From Glaucostegus cemiculus (taxonomy: Eukaryota), in NCBI GenBank assembly GCA_976551045.1, contig CDPCPM010000033.1, forward strand, positions 17,670,001-17,734,000: 64,000 nt of DNA. The letters are read 5' to 3'. This document shows positions 1 to 12,856 of the stretch, in pieces (position 1 is the first letter of the stretch; each line of letters begins with the position of its first letter). The translations under genes and the position numbers were made by a program. The notes beneath the pieces are model-generated. The model saw only the letters and a program-made list of their open reading frames with translations, was not told where the DNA came from and searched no databases.

Positions 1-1163
1 CAGCTCCCCAAAGTTAGCTTTTCAGTCAGTATATCATTTGCTTCGGAATCAAAATAATAACAGTACCAATCTTTGGTTCATTTGATTTTCCCATAGACTT
101 AATCTGCAGGACTTCACAAAACTCAGAACATAGATGTCAATTAAAAACAAAACAGGTGTGCAAATATCCACTGTAGTATGCCTAATGACCTGTAGTAAGG
201 CCAAATGACCTTACCTGTTAAGGCAGAGAATTAGTTAAGCAACATTAAGATTTACAAAATATAAACAATTGAAACAATGAAATAATTTTGGTAACAAACA
301 ATAATGTTTTATATCATCAAAAAACAAATGCCAAGCAAAACTTAATAGTAATTTTTGCTAGTTGGCCAGCAACAAGCAAGAACACAAAACGGGTGTTCAA
401 CTGAATTTCTAACTACAGTAAAGATATACAGATGAATTCTGGAATTAAGGTAATCAAATTCTGAAATGAAAAACTAATTTCAAAATTGCAGAATTATGCA
501 GGGCCTCTTTGTCAATTCAAAACAGTTAACCATGCTAATGGAACGGCTTTGACAGTCCCTACCTCCCTGCTCCTCAGAATTATGATACACCAACATTTAA
601 AAAAGCTCAGGCACAATTAAATAATTAAAATAGAAATTGAAAATAAAAAAAATTAAAACAAAACAAAATAGTTAACTGAAATTTTAAAAAATGAAAAGCA
701 AGTTATCTTCTACTCACCCTTCTATCTGCAGCTGCTTCTTCCTATAGAACTTGTCATAGGCTCAGTGGATAGAATTTACAGCCCAAGTATAAGGATCTGG
801 GGAATCTGTGTTGCCAAAACGGACTCTAAAAGGAGTCCACCAGTGCAGCACAGTAGTCAGGGGTAGCACTTAACTGGAGTAAAAGATTGTACTGCGTCTC
901 AGAACTTCAAAGCCAGTGGAGATGAGAGCTTTTCAGTGAAAAGATCTATCCCATTGTTTCTATCATACCCCCACTGTTTCTATCATACCCACCTGTGCAA
1001 ATTTGCCAACAGTGTTGTGGCAATTTGTGAATAGTAAAGTACATAAGCTGAGATGTTCTCATCACCAAATAATGTACAAAATTAACTTCAAATGCATTAT
1101 AAATCATTACAATTTTTCAATGGTTGATTTGGAATATTTAGCTGTCAGTATGGTAAATGATTA

Positions 1164-1526
<363 letters not shown>

Positions 1527-1994
1527 TTAAAACTAATCAAGAACTACAAACATTTTGCAGATGAAAATATGCACTTCAAACAGTTTTTTATATCAAGATG
1601 AAGTAGAGAAGAGCACTAGTGAGGGAGAAAAGAAAGAGAGAACAAAAATACATAAGTACAATGGCACAGTTAGCAGAGCTGGTGCTTCACAGATCCCTGA
1701 CCTCTGGTGCTGCCTGTACGGCACATTCTCTGTGACCACAAGTGCTTCTGCATCCCAAAGGAATGTGCCTCCCAAAAAGTTAACCTATCAATCGGCCACT
1801 GCAGGTGCCTGGTGTGTATGCCAGGGTAGAATTTGCTGGGGGTGGGGTTGGGGTTCAGTAGAGAGCCTGTTTGGAGAATAGCCTACAGGAAATATCATCT
1901 GGCAGAGAGACAATGGGCTGAAATGGCTTCCTTCTGAGTTATAACGAATCACGGAGTTGAAGGCAGACAGGTGGAGATGGTGTGGCGGGGAGTG

Positions 1995-2139
1995 AGTGAG
2001 TGAGAGAGAGAGTGCGAGGAGAGAGAGAGAGAGAGAGTGCAAGGAGAGAGAGAGAGAGTGCGAGGAGAGAGAGAGAGAGAGTGCGAGGAGAGAGAGAGAG
2101 AGAGTGCGAGGAGAGAGAGAGAGAGAGAGAGAGAAGAGA
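1995..2139 (+). repeat. Compound (GA)n microsatellite interrupted periodically by GTGCGAG/GTGCAAG
   Basis: Directly visible. It generates the spurious SL- and ER-rich ORFs at 1788-2252. Confidence 0.95.
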
Positions 2140-2300
2140 GATTCAGTAGGACAGGTGGAATGATCAGCATATGCGATAAATGCTCAAAAAATTCTTTTAA
2201 CTTTCAAAATTCATTTAATGGTGGAGAGCATATAAAATCTGACAAATTTTAGACAAGCATTATTATGAGGTAATATCTGGTTTACTAAATTTGACAATCA

Positions 2301-2561
<261 letters not shown>

Positions 2562-3189
2562 TCATCTGACTTTATAATGCTCATTTACAATAAATTCACC
2601 ACGCATCTTAGGTTACTAAGCCAAATATAACAGTGCAGTTCCTGGAAATCCAACACAAAAGCAGGAAATGCTTAAACATGAAACAAGTCGAACAGTATCT
2701 GTCAAAAGATCACCAAACTTTTTAATGGACTTGCGAGACCAAATGCAGTTTCTTTGCAATTAATTCAACGTAACTGACTGCATACTAAGAATACAGCTAC
2801 TCTGGATTCAATGCCTGATTTAAGCTAATTATCAAAACAACAGGGCTGTGTTAGCTTCATTTAAACATACAATAACTTATCACTGTTGTTGGACCTGGAC
2901 AGTAAAATGCACAACAAAGCAGCATCTCCAATTAAAAGGCCAGAAGAGTAAGGAGACTTCAGAGGTTGAAATAAAATTATATTTGTAGAAACCGGTACAG
3001 GAGAAGGGTGGGGTAGGGTGCCAAACATGAGAGAGTGAGGTGGGGAAAGCTATGCCTGTCTTCTCATGAAATGCATGGAATATTTTATGTTTTAGTAGTT
3101 CACCTTAGTATTTCCCCTTTCTTGTATACTGATATTTCTACTATTTCCTACACTGGTCCCAGTTTCTCCTCTTCCATTACTTTCAAGTG

Positions 3190-3875
3190 GTTAGAACATA
3201 GAACAGTTCAGTACAGGAACAGTCCCTTCAGCCACTTATCTGTGCTAAGCATGATGCCGAATTAAACTAAATCTCTTCTGCCTGTACATGATCCATATCC
3301 CTCCATTACCTGTATATTCATGTGTCTATCTAACAGCCTCTTAAATGTCACTATCGTATCTACTTCCACTACCTACCCCAGCAACCCGTTCCAAGCACCT
3401 ACCATTCTCTATGTAAAAGAATTTTCTCCCTCACAACTTAAATGCATGCTTTCTGGTACTTGATCTTTCTAAGCCGGGAAAGAGATTCTGACTGTCAACC
3501 CTATGTATGCCTCTCTTAATTTTAGAAACTTCTATTAAGTCTCCCCTCAGCCTCTGACACTCCAGAGAAAACAACTCAACTTTGCCCAACCTCTCATAGC
3601 TCCTACCCTCTAATCCAGGCACTGTCCTGGTAAACCTTTTCTGCACCCTTTCCAAAGCCTCCACATCCTTCCTGTAATGGGGCAACCAGAATTGCACACA
3701 ATACTCCTAGTGCAGCCTAACCAAAGTTTTTATATAGCTGCAACATGACTTCCTTTACTCTTGTACTCATTGTCTGACCAATGAAGGCAAGCATGACATA
3801 TGCCTTCTTTACCATTCTATCTACTTGCATAGCCACTTTCAGGGAGATATGGACTTGGGTCCGAAGATCCCCTTA
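3190..3875 (-). mobile_element. CR1 (HER1-like) LINE 3' fragment
   Basis: ORF 3431-3697 QFWLPHYRKDVEALERVQKRFTR...LRGDLIEV is the typical CR1 ORF2 C-terminus. A TTCTATG-like tail lies at ~3190-3210. Confidence 0.9.
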
Positions 3876-3889
3876 AGGTTAATCTCCAG

Positions 3890-4900
3890 CAGCTCCCTTC
3901 CTTAACTCCTCCATTTCTACTTCAGAGGATAGGTTTATGACCATAAGACTACAGGTGCTCAAGCCTATGTTGACTATACTTTCTCACTCCAAAAAGGATT
4001 TGATTCTGTTTTCCCAATTTTGCAATCTGTATCGCATCTGTTCTTTTCTCTGTGTGCTATTTTTCATGCTTTCATTATCTTGCTTTTTCCTCAACCTTGG
4101 ATTCCCCTCCACCATAGTTGATCAGGGAACATGTCCATTCTATCCCCATACTTCTGTTGTCATCTTCCTCCCTCCCCAAATCACAATAGGCTCCCATTCA
4201 ACAAATCTTCCACCATTTGAAATATTTCCAACATGATAGCACCAAACATACCTGCCCCTTCCCTCTCCTTTCAACATTTCAAAAGACTATGTCCTCCAGG
4301 TCACACTGATGATGATGGACAAAATTGCATCTATTTATCCCCTACTGGTGCCTTTCCATGTAATGCAGCTAAAAAAACATATAAGACTTGCCCTTTTACT
4401 TCCTCCTTTCCCATAGCATTTTACTTGTACCTTTTCCCATTTAGTATCGGTTATTCACGACACAATCGGCAAACTAAGTGCAGGATGAGTGACAGCTTTG
4501 AGGACAATTTGGTCTATGAGCATGACTCCAAACTCCCTGTCCAGTCAATTTAATTATTCTTCCAAGCCCAACTCTCAGCTTCTCATATTGCACCCTTCTA
4601 TAATGTTCCAATAAACGTTCTAAGCAGTGTCAAGAAGTAGCACCTCATCTTTCAATTAAGCATATTGCAGCCTTCCAGATTCAAAAACAAGTTCAATCAT
4701 TTCAGATAATGAACATTTCCAGCATTTCTATCTTTAATTTAGATACCCAGCAGATTCTGCATTCTCCTGCAATCTACCCTGCCACTGTTCCTTTCATTTT
4801 CTTACCTTTGCCATATCTTCTAAGATTTCAAAACATTCATCTCTAATCTTTCCTAGTTTTGATGAAAAGCCAAGACATGCTGAGTATTTCCAGCTGTTGC
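3890..4900 (+). mobile_element. Degenerate Penelope-like element (RT C-terminus and GIY-YIG endonuclease relic)
   Basis: Translated fragments FSQF..LYRICS, GAFPCN..KTCPFTSS, QTKCRMSDSFEDNL and HLIFQL resemble PLE motifs (FSQFLRLRRICS, GTFPC..C.TCP, GETKR.L..RF.EH). Confidence 0.7.
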
Positions 4901-5311
4901 AGTAATAGGCTCCAGAAAAAGAGCAAAATAGTTACAGTTGAATCACAAACCATCAGCATGCATGATATAATTTGAGCTTTCTGGACACTTTATGATCCTC
5001 TTGCAAATGTTTGGAATTTCCTAACAAGGTACTTAATTAATTCCAGAGATAAAGAAAGGCTCAAATGAAACTGATCTGATAACAGATAACAAAATTGTTA
5101 ACCAAACTGTTTTACCAATGTTCACGTTAAATGCGTTGTGCAAAAATTGTATAGAATGAGAAAACAATACTGATGTAATTAATGCATCAGTTATCTACAC
5201 GCTACCCACTCCTGACAGCACCACTCTACCATTTATGTCTTTACACTACAGGAGCTTCAACCATTTTAAGACTATTGAAAGGAAAAGAAAAGTTTTAAAG
5301 GGAATACTCAC

Positions 5312-5425
5312 CATTATGTACAAATTGGGAATGGTCCTTTTTCTCTGCCAGCTTGGTCAATGCAGAAGCAATTGTATCTCCTGGTACCTTAGGGCTTTCT
5401 ACATACTTCAGCTTCCTGATTGGGC
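5312..5425 (-). CDS. TANC1: TANC1 coding exon (GPIRKLKYVESPKVPGDTIASALTKLAEKKDHSQFVHN)
   Basis: Matches TANC1 GPVRKPKYVESPRVPGD. Acceptor ttcatgcag, donor gtgagt, 114 nt, phase 1 to 1. Confidence 0.95.
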
Positions 5426-6537
5426 CTGCATGAAGGAAAAAAAATCTTGCTCAAATCATCAAGGAGGAATACGCAATGAAGCAAACGAAATGTAATGCTC
5501 ATAAGTGAATACAGAAGGAAAACTCCAGCCAAAAGAAAGTACAAAGAATATAAACCATATCATTGACCTTAAGCAATGACCTCATGCAGGTATTAGGATA
5601 AAACACTTTAAAATACATAGTTTATTGCGTCCTTGTTATTCTCTTATTATGTCAATGTTAACTCTCCTTGCTGGTTTTAAGGACATTTATCTAACAATGC
5701 CCTATCTAACAATTACCTAACAATAACATGTCAACGCCAATTTTTTTTCATCCTACCAGTGATCAGTCATAAATCAGCGATAGCATTCTCACATGAGAGT
5801 TGGAAGTTCTGCGGATTCAAACCCCATTTGAGAAATTTAAAAGTCACAGAAGAAAGCCATTTGTGCCCATTCTCTGAGCAGCACTCTGAAAAAAGCTACC
5901 CAATTATTTCCATTCCCCTGCTTCTTATCACTATTCAAATACTTTTCCACTTCAAGTATTTATCTACAGGTTATATTACTGAAACTACCTTCAAGCAATA
6001 TATTTTAGAACATAACTGATGATATGAGGAAGTCTGATGTATATTTTTGCCGGTTAACTCAAAATACATCTCCTTATTACCAACACATTTGCCACTAGTT
6101 TCTCCTATCACAGCACCTTGCAATCTTGAACACCCTTAATTAGACACCTCCACCAATTTCTGTAACTTCTAAATTAATCTGAAATCCTGCACTTTCTTTT
6201 GCCATTCAAATAAATCTCTATATGCTCTCCATGGGATTGACATGATTCCCAAAGTATGATGTCAAAACCTGAAAACATTAATCTATGTGGGGCCTAAGCA
6301 ATGTTGTATTAAAGATGACTTCTTAGCTTTTAAACTCTTATGTACTCTTCATTTGCTCTTAAACTGCAACCTGACATATTTCTCCCCACTGCACCAGTTT
6401 TGAAATATTTAGTTAACAATGAGGAAAATAAGCAAGTCCCTGTGAATATCTTACAAAACCTCAATTTGTATTACTGTCAATCTCAGAGACACCATTGTGC
6501 TCATCAGTTCAACTATTACTGCTCCAACTGTCTGCTA

Positions 6538-6816
6538 CCGTGGTTAGCATAATGCTTTACAGCACCAGCGACCCGGGTTCAAATCCAGCCACTGTCTGTA
6601 AGGAGTTTGTATGTTCTCCCCATGTCTGTGTGGGTTTCCTCTGGGTGCTCCGGTTTCCTCCCACATTCCAAAGACGTACAGGTTAGGAAGTTATGGGCAT
6701 GCTATGTTGGCACCGGAAGCGTGGCGACACTTGCAGGCTGCCCCCCAAAATCACTACACAAAAGATGTATTTCACTGTGTGTTTCGATGTACATGTAACT
6801 AATAAAGATCTTATAT
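6538..6816 (+). mobile_element. tRNA-derived V-SINE (HE1-like), tail type A
   Basis: B-box-like GGTTCAAATCC. V-core GGAGTTTGTATGTTCTCCCCATGTCTGTGTGGGTTTCCTCTGGGTGCTCCGGTTTCCTCCCACA. Tail TTTCACTGTGTGTTTCGATGTACATGTAACTAATAAA. Confidence 0.9.
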
Positions 6817-7914
6817 CACTGATTTTAATCTTATGGGGTTCAATTTCACTAACGAGTCTTATTATCTAGTTCTGAATCAAACACCTCTTTCTATTCTCAT
6901 AAATAATAACTTTAATTGCATTTCAAGCCTTAAAAAGTTAGTCAAATTTGATTTGCTTTAAAAAAGATGACAGTTTTTATTCATTCATTATTTTTCCAAG
7001 TGACAATTTTGTCTCAGTTTACTTCTCAACTTTCTTTCCATTAAATTTAGCCTATTTGGCCTATTGTACTTTCTTAAAGCAAAAGGAGTGGAACAATTCT
7101 CCACTTCTTCGGAACCACTCCTATAGCTAAGTCTCTAGTCATAAAATTCCTTGGCTATCTCCATCCTTGCATCCAATAGCAACAGATGCATTCCATCTAG
7201 ACTAGGTGGAAGTAACTTCTCTTTATTTATCATCTTTTTTTACTGATTTGATCACTAATACATTGTCTGAAATGCATGTGCAATTCCAAGGGAGTATTAC
7301 ACTCTCAGATGTCATTTTCTGATCAAACTGTGAACAAAGTCTCACCCTGGCCTCTCAGATGGATGCAAACCACCGCTAACACTGAGGGGCACAAGAGCTC
7401 TTCTTGGTAGTCTGGCTAATATCTATCTCTCAGCTAACAACATATTATTATCTGACACCTATTTATGGAATCATATGAAAATATTAGCATTTGTACTTCC
7501 TACATTATGATAATGATACTTTCAAGTATTTCTTCGATTGTGCAGAGATCATTATTTGCACAATGTTACTATTTGTTTATTCACAAATCACTGCCACACT
7601 TCTTTCCCTTGAAGGTGCTATGCAACTGACATTAGCAATCACTGCCAAAGGCCTTTATTGTAATGGGATTTACGTAAATATTTCACTGCAATTGAGACCA
7701 CAAGGAATATTATGTACAGGTCTCATCTTCCTACCCAAGGAAGGATATACTTGTCAAAGAGGAAATACTTAAATTATCCAGTTTCAGAGGAATTGTCTTA
7801 AGAGCAGAGATTAAACAAACCGAGTATATCTATATATAAGAATAAGAGATGACCTCATTGAAACATTTAGAATTCTTACAGGACTTGAGATGACAGATGC
7901 AGAGATGACATTTA

Positions 7915-8490
7915 TTTTTGGCCACTCAGTTCTTTGAGCTTGCTTCAGCATTTAATAAGATCCTGGCTGATTTGACTGTAACTTCACCTTTAGATCCCTA
8001 TCCACCACAGTAACCATTCATCCTCTTGCTTATCTACCTTTGCTCTAAAAATATTCAACAAACCCTATCCTACCAATCTTTGAGAAAGAGTTTGAAAGAC
8101 TCTCAACACTTACAGAAATATTTTTGCCTCATCTTTGTTTTAAATGGGTGACTCCACATTTCTGAAGTGATCCCTATTTCAAGATTCTCCCACTACGGGG
8201 AAATTCATCTCCCCTACCACTCTGTCAAGAGCCCTCAGGATCTTTCACATTTCAATCAAGTCACTTCTCTAAACTTCAACAGATTCAAAGTCAGGTTATC
8301 CAACCTTTCTTCATCAGACACCCACCTCTTCCAGGTACTAGTCAACAAACCTTCTTTGAACTGTTCCCAATGCACTAACATTCTTCCTTAAATGAAGAGA
8401 CTTAATACTGTGCACAGTACTCCAGATGTGGTCTCACTAGTGTCCCGTACAATAAAAGCACAATCTCCTTACTTCTGTATTCACTCCTCC
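7915..8490 (-). mobile_element. Old CR1 LINE 3' fragment
   Basis: Degenerate ...ACTGTGCACAGTACTCCAGATGTGGTCTCACTAG (reverse of LVRPHLEYCAQY) and CR1 3'UTR-like sequence. Confidence 0.7.
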
Positions 8491-8706
8491 TGAAGAAAGC
8501 AAGACATTAAACAAATCATACACCAAGAAGAAATCAATGCTTCAAGGAAGGGGAGAAGACTAGTAGGAAGTGGAATGCAAACCTGTTGTAAATGTTAATG
8601 CAGGTACAACTGTAGTTTTTTTGGAAGGAAAACATTAACAACAATAAATTCAACATTTCTATAGCTACTTCAAGTAATTAAGAGCTGCGCAGTTCAAAAT
8701 TTATAC

Positions 8707-8886
8707 CTGGGGACCTTTTGCCTGTCCATGCATGCATTGTAAATGGCTGACGAGGCAAGAGAGGTGAAGACGGAAGTGACATAGATACTCCTTTGGAAAC
8801 ATTCATCTTGTATATATCCTCTTGTACTGAAAATGGGGCAGAACTGCAATCTGAAAGACCAACTTGCCCAGGAATACCAGAGTCTC
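8707..8886 (-). CDS. TANC1: TANC1 coding exon (GDSGIPGQVGLSDCSSAPFSVQEDIYKMNVSKGVSMSLPSSPLLPRQPFTMHAWTGKRSP)
   Basis: Contains the TANC1 motif KGVSMSLPSSPLLPRQ. Acceptor ttcactcaacag, donor gtataa, 180 nt, phase 1 to 1. Confidence 0.95.
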
Positions 8887-9249
8887 CTGTTGAGTGAAAA
8901 TAGAGAACAATAGTCATTTGGTTAAAATGTTAGCTATTTGATTGCATAGCTGCAATCATTGTGTCCAAAGTAAACAAGTGTAAACAGATGATGGTGAAAA
9001 GAGGTAAATAAAAGTATAGGATGGAGACATTGGGATGACAAGAGATAAAAGGTGCCACACAAGGTCAGAAAGGCAGCAAAAGCACTAAAGATGGACACTG
9101 ACTGTGAAACCGAAATAGAAAGATAAATGAGGTGAATGGTGCAAAGAAAAGAAAGTTGCATAACATTAATAGACAACAGCAGAACAAGTCATAATCATTT
9201 AGTGCCCTCAGCCTGCAATTCAGGACTTCTGACATTTTCAAAGCTGTGT

Positions 9250-9990
9250 ATTTGATAATTGGTTTATTATTGTCACATCTACTGAGATACATTGAAAAAT
9301 TTTGTTTTGCATGTCATCCATACAGATCATTCCAAAATACAAGTACATTGAGGTAGTACAAAGAGAAAAGCAATAACAGAATGCAGAATATATTGTTACA
9401 ATTACAGAAAGTGCAGTGTAGGTAGGCAAATAATGTGCAAGGATCACATCAAGGCAGATTGAGAGATCAAAGAGTTCATCTTTATCAATCTAAAGGTTTG
9501 TTCAAGAGTCTTATAACAGCAGGACAGAAGCTGTCCTTGAGCCTGGTGGTACATCTTCAAGCTTTTGTATCTTCTATCCAATGGAATGGGAAAGAAGAGA
9601 GAATGACAGAGGTAGGTAGGGTCTTTGATTATGTTAGCTGCTTTCCTGAGGCAGTGGGAAGTGTAGACAGAGTCAATGGAGGGGAGGCTGGTTTTCATGA
9701 TGGACTGAGTTGTGTCCACAACCCTCCGCAATTTCTTGTGGGTTTGGGCGAAGTAGTTGCCATACCAAGCTGTGATATGTCCAAATAGGATGCTTTCTAT
9801 GGTGTACCTACAAACATTGGTGAGGGTCGATAGGGATATGCCAAATTTCCTTAGCCTTCTAAGGAAGTAGAGGTGCTGGTGTGTCAGGAAGTCAAGGATC
9901 CAATTGTAGAAAGAGGTATTAAGTCTTAGGTCTGGGAGTTTGGAGAATTTGCTTGGAATTATGGTATTGAAGGCACTTTCCCTGTATTCC
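9250..9990 (-). mobile_element. Rex1/Babar-type LINE 3' fragment with an internal deletion
   Basis: ORF 9444-9992 joins [16 protein letters not shown] directly to [13 protein letters not shown], so the intervening RT is deleted. The 3' end reads GTGACAATAATAAACC on the minus strand. Confidence 0.85.
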
Positions 9991-10239
9991 ACATTCCTGA
10001 GCTTCTTTTAAAACTGTAGCTAATTTACATTTCCAATCAACTTAATAGACAATGAACTTCCTGTCAAATTAATGGTATAAATGCACCCGGAGGAAAAAAA
10101 ATGGCTGCCAAATTCAGAAATTAGGAGAAATTTGACATAAATATCCCCTATGCTGCAGTTACCAAGAAAAGTATGAGACTTGTTTATGTAGCTATTAATT
10201 GAAGGCTATCCTTTTGTATGAAAATCAAAAATTACAATC

Positions 10240-10672
10240 TGAAATAAAAACAAAATGCTAGAAACATTCAGCAGATCAGACAGAATCTGTGGAAAGAGTA
10301 ACTGAAATAAATTTCAGATCAAAGACCCTTCATCAGCACAGCCCAATCTGCTGGGCATTTCTTACAGCTCTGCATTTCACAGCTTTTACATTTCTCTTCA
10401 TGTTCCCTCTAACCACCCTCATTAACCTATCAACCAAATGGAGTCATAGAGTCATATGTCATCAAAAGCTTATCATCAAGGCAATCCAGGCATCAGCTGA
10501 TCAAATAAACTCCTTTATCCTGCCCATCCCATCCCCACCCTTTCTTCAAATTAAAACTGACTTCATTTCTCTTTTTGCCAGTTCTGATGAAGGATTTTCG
10601 GCATGAAACTTTTTTCTTTCCACGGTTGCTACCTGACCTACTGAGAATTTCCCCCATTTTCAGTTCTTATTT
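10240..10672. repeat. Fold-back pair of Penelope-derived short repeats
   Basis: 10240-10335 (AAATGCTAGAAACATTCAGCAGATCAGACAG...CCTTCATCAG) is an imperfect inverted repeat of 10580-10672 (CTGATGAAGG...GCTACCTGACCTACTGAG...). Confidence 0.65.
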
Positions 10673-11249
10673 GTAATTCGTATGACAACTGACTTTCAAT
10701 TGGCTCATGTATTCTTGACATGAAATAATCAACCCACATCAACCTAACATAATAATTATTAACCTGAAATTTTCACTCAACAGGAATTTTTGGGGATAAA
10801 ACACTTATGAACTGTAACACTATAATGTGCTACCTAAGTGATCACACGATAGTTTTTTTTTTCAGAACAATGTATTTAATTCCATCATGGAAAGGAATTC
10901 TGCATTTATCAAGTGGTTTTCATATAGTTCCTCAACACTTCTAGTCCTGATTCCATTCCATTGGCATGCACTAAACAGCATTGATGATCCCTCTGAGGCA
11001 GAAAAATCAAGCTGGAAAAGGTGTAAGGTTAAAGAAAAATAAGTATTGTCAAAAAATACAGCAAGCTTGAGGATTGGAAAAACTTTAGAATTCAGCATAG
11101 AAGGATCAAGAAATTGATAAGGAAGGAGAAAGGAGAAAACAGGAGTATTATATCATGAGAAGTGAAAACAGATTGTAAAGGTTTCTATGAATGTGGAAGG
11201 AAATTATGGAAAGTTAATCTGGGTCCCTAAATATCTGACATGGAAGCTA

Positions 11250-12856
11250 CAGTGGCATGCAAAAGTTTGGGCATCCCTGGTCAAAATTTCTGTTACTGTG
11301 AATAGCTAAGCGAGTAAAAGATGACCTGATTTCCAAAAGGCATAAAGTTAAAGATGACACATTTCTTTAATATTTTAAGTAAGATTACTTTTTTATTACC
11401 ATCTTTTACAGTTTCAAAATAGCAAAAAAGGGAAAGGGCCCGAAGCAAAAGTTTGGGCATCCTGCATGGTCAGCACTTAGCAACACCCCCTTTGGCAAGT
11501 ATCACAGCTTGTAAACGCTTTCCGTAGCCTGCTAAAAGTCTTTCAATTCTTGTTTGGGGGATTTTCGCCCATACCTCCTTGCAAAAGGCTTCTAAATTCT
11601 GTGACATTCTTGGGCCGTCTTGCATGCACTGCTCTTTTGAGGTCTATCCACAGATTTTCAATGATGTTTGGTTGGGGCATTGTGAGGGTCATGGAAAACC
11701 TTTAGCTTATGCCTCTAGAGGTAGTCCATTGTGGATTTTGGGGTGTGTTTAGGATCATCATCCTGTTGTAGAAGCCATCCTCTTTTCATCTTCGGCTTGT
11801 TTTTAACAGACGGTGTGATGTTTGCTTGCAGAATTTGCTGGTATTTAATTGAATTAATTCTTCCCTCTACCAGTGAAATGTTCCCCGTGCCACTGGCTGC
11901 AACACAAGCCCAAAGTATGATCGTTCCCGTGCTTAATAGTTGGAGAGGTGTCCTTTTCATGCAATTCTGCACCTTTTTTTCTCCAAACATACCTTTGCTC
12001 ATTGTGGCCAAGAAGTTTTATTTTAACTTCATCAGTCAACAGGACTTGTTTCCAAAGTGCATCAGGCTTGTTTAGATGTTCCTTTGCAAACTTCTGATGT
12101 TGAATTTTGTGGTGAGGACAGAGAAAAGGTTTTCTTCTGATGACTATTCCATGAATGTCGTATTTGTGCAAGTGTTGCTGCACAGTAGAACAGTGCACCA
12201 GAGTCTGCTAAGTCTTCCATAAGGTCTTTTGCAGTCAAACAAGGTTTTTGATTTCCCTTTCTAGCAATCCTACGAGCAGTTCCCTTGGAAAGTTTTCTTG
12301 GTCTTCCAGACTTCAGCTTGACCTCCACCATTCCTGTTAACAGCCATTTCTTAATTACATACGAACTGAGGAAATGGCTACCTGAAAACACTTTGTAATC
12401 TTCTTATAGCCTTCTCCTGCTTTGAGGGCATCATTTATTTTAATTTTCAGAGTGCTAGGCAGCTGCTTAGAGGAGCCCATGGCTGCTGATTGTTGGGACA
12501 AGGTTTGAGGAGTTGGGGTATTTATAAAGCTTTGAAATTTGCATCACCTAGCCTTTCCTAATGATGACTGTGAACAAGCCATAGCCCTAACAAACTAATG
12601 AACGTCTAAGACCTTGGTAAAAGTTATTTGAGAGCTCAAATCTCTTGGGGTGCCCAAACTTTTGCATGGTGCTCCTTTCCTTTCTTCACCCTAAAATTGT
12701 ACAAAACAAAAATACACTAATCTTGCTTAAAATGTTGAAAAGAATGTTTCATCTTTAACTTCATGACTTTTGGAGATCAGTTCATCTTCTACTCACTTAA
12801 CTATTCACAGTAACAGAAATTTTGACCAGGGGTGCCCAAACATTTGCATGCCACTG
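11250..12856 (-). mobile_element. Full-length Tc1-family DNA transposon with IR/DR termini (~1.6 kb)
   Basis: Left end TA|CAGTGGCATGCAAAAGTTTGGGCATCCCTGGTCAAAATTTC, right end GAAATTTTGACCAGGGGTGCCCAAACATTTGCATGCCACTG|TG. The TIRs are ~210 bp with inner direct repeats at ~11445-11463 and ~12647-12666. Confidence 0.95.
11470..12480 (-). pseudogene. Frameshifted Tc1 transposase
   Basis: ATG at 12480. Motifs GRPRKLS, WKQVLLTDEVKIKLLG and QQDDDPKHT are spread over three frames (ORFs 12062-12391, 11854-12198, 11715-12011). It ends GGVAKC* at 11470. Confidence 0.9.

Noticed and set aside
718-992. Possible exon between a ttgcacag acceptor and a gtgagt donor, containing a 20-bp tandem duplication (~955-991)
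   Set aside because: It has stops in the TANC1 frame with or without the duplication and no similarity to TANC1. A poison or non-coding exon cannot be supported without RNA data.
1788-2252. SL- and ER-repeat ORFs
   Set aside because: They are translations of the GA microsatellite.
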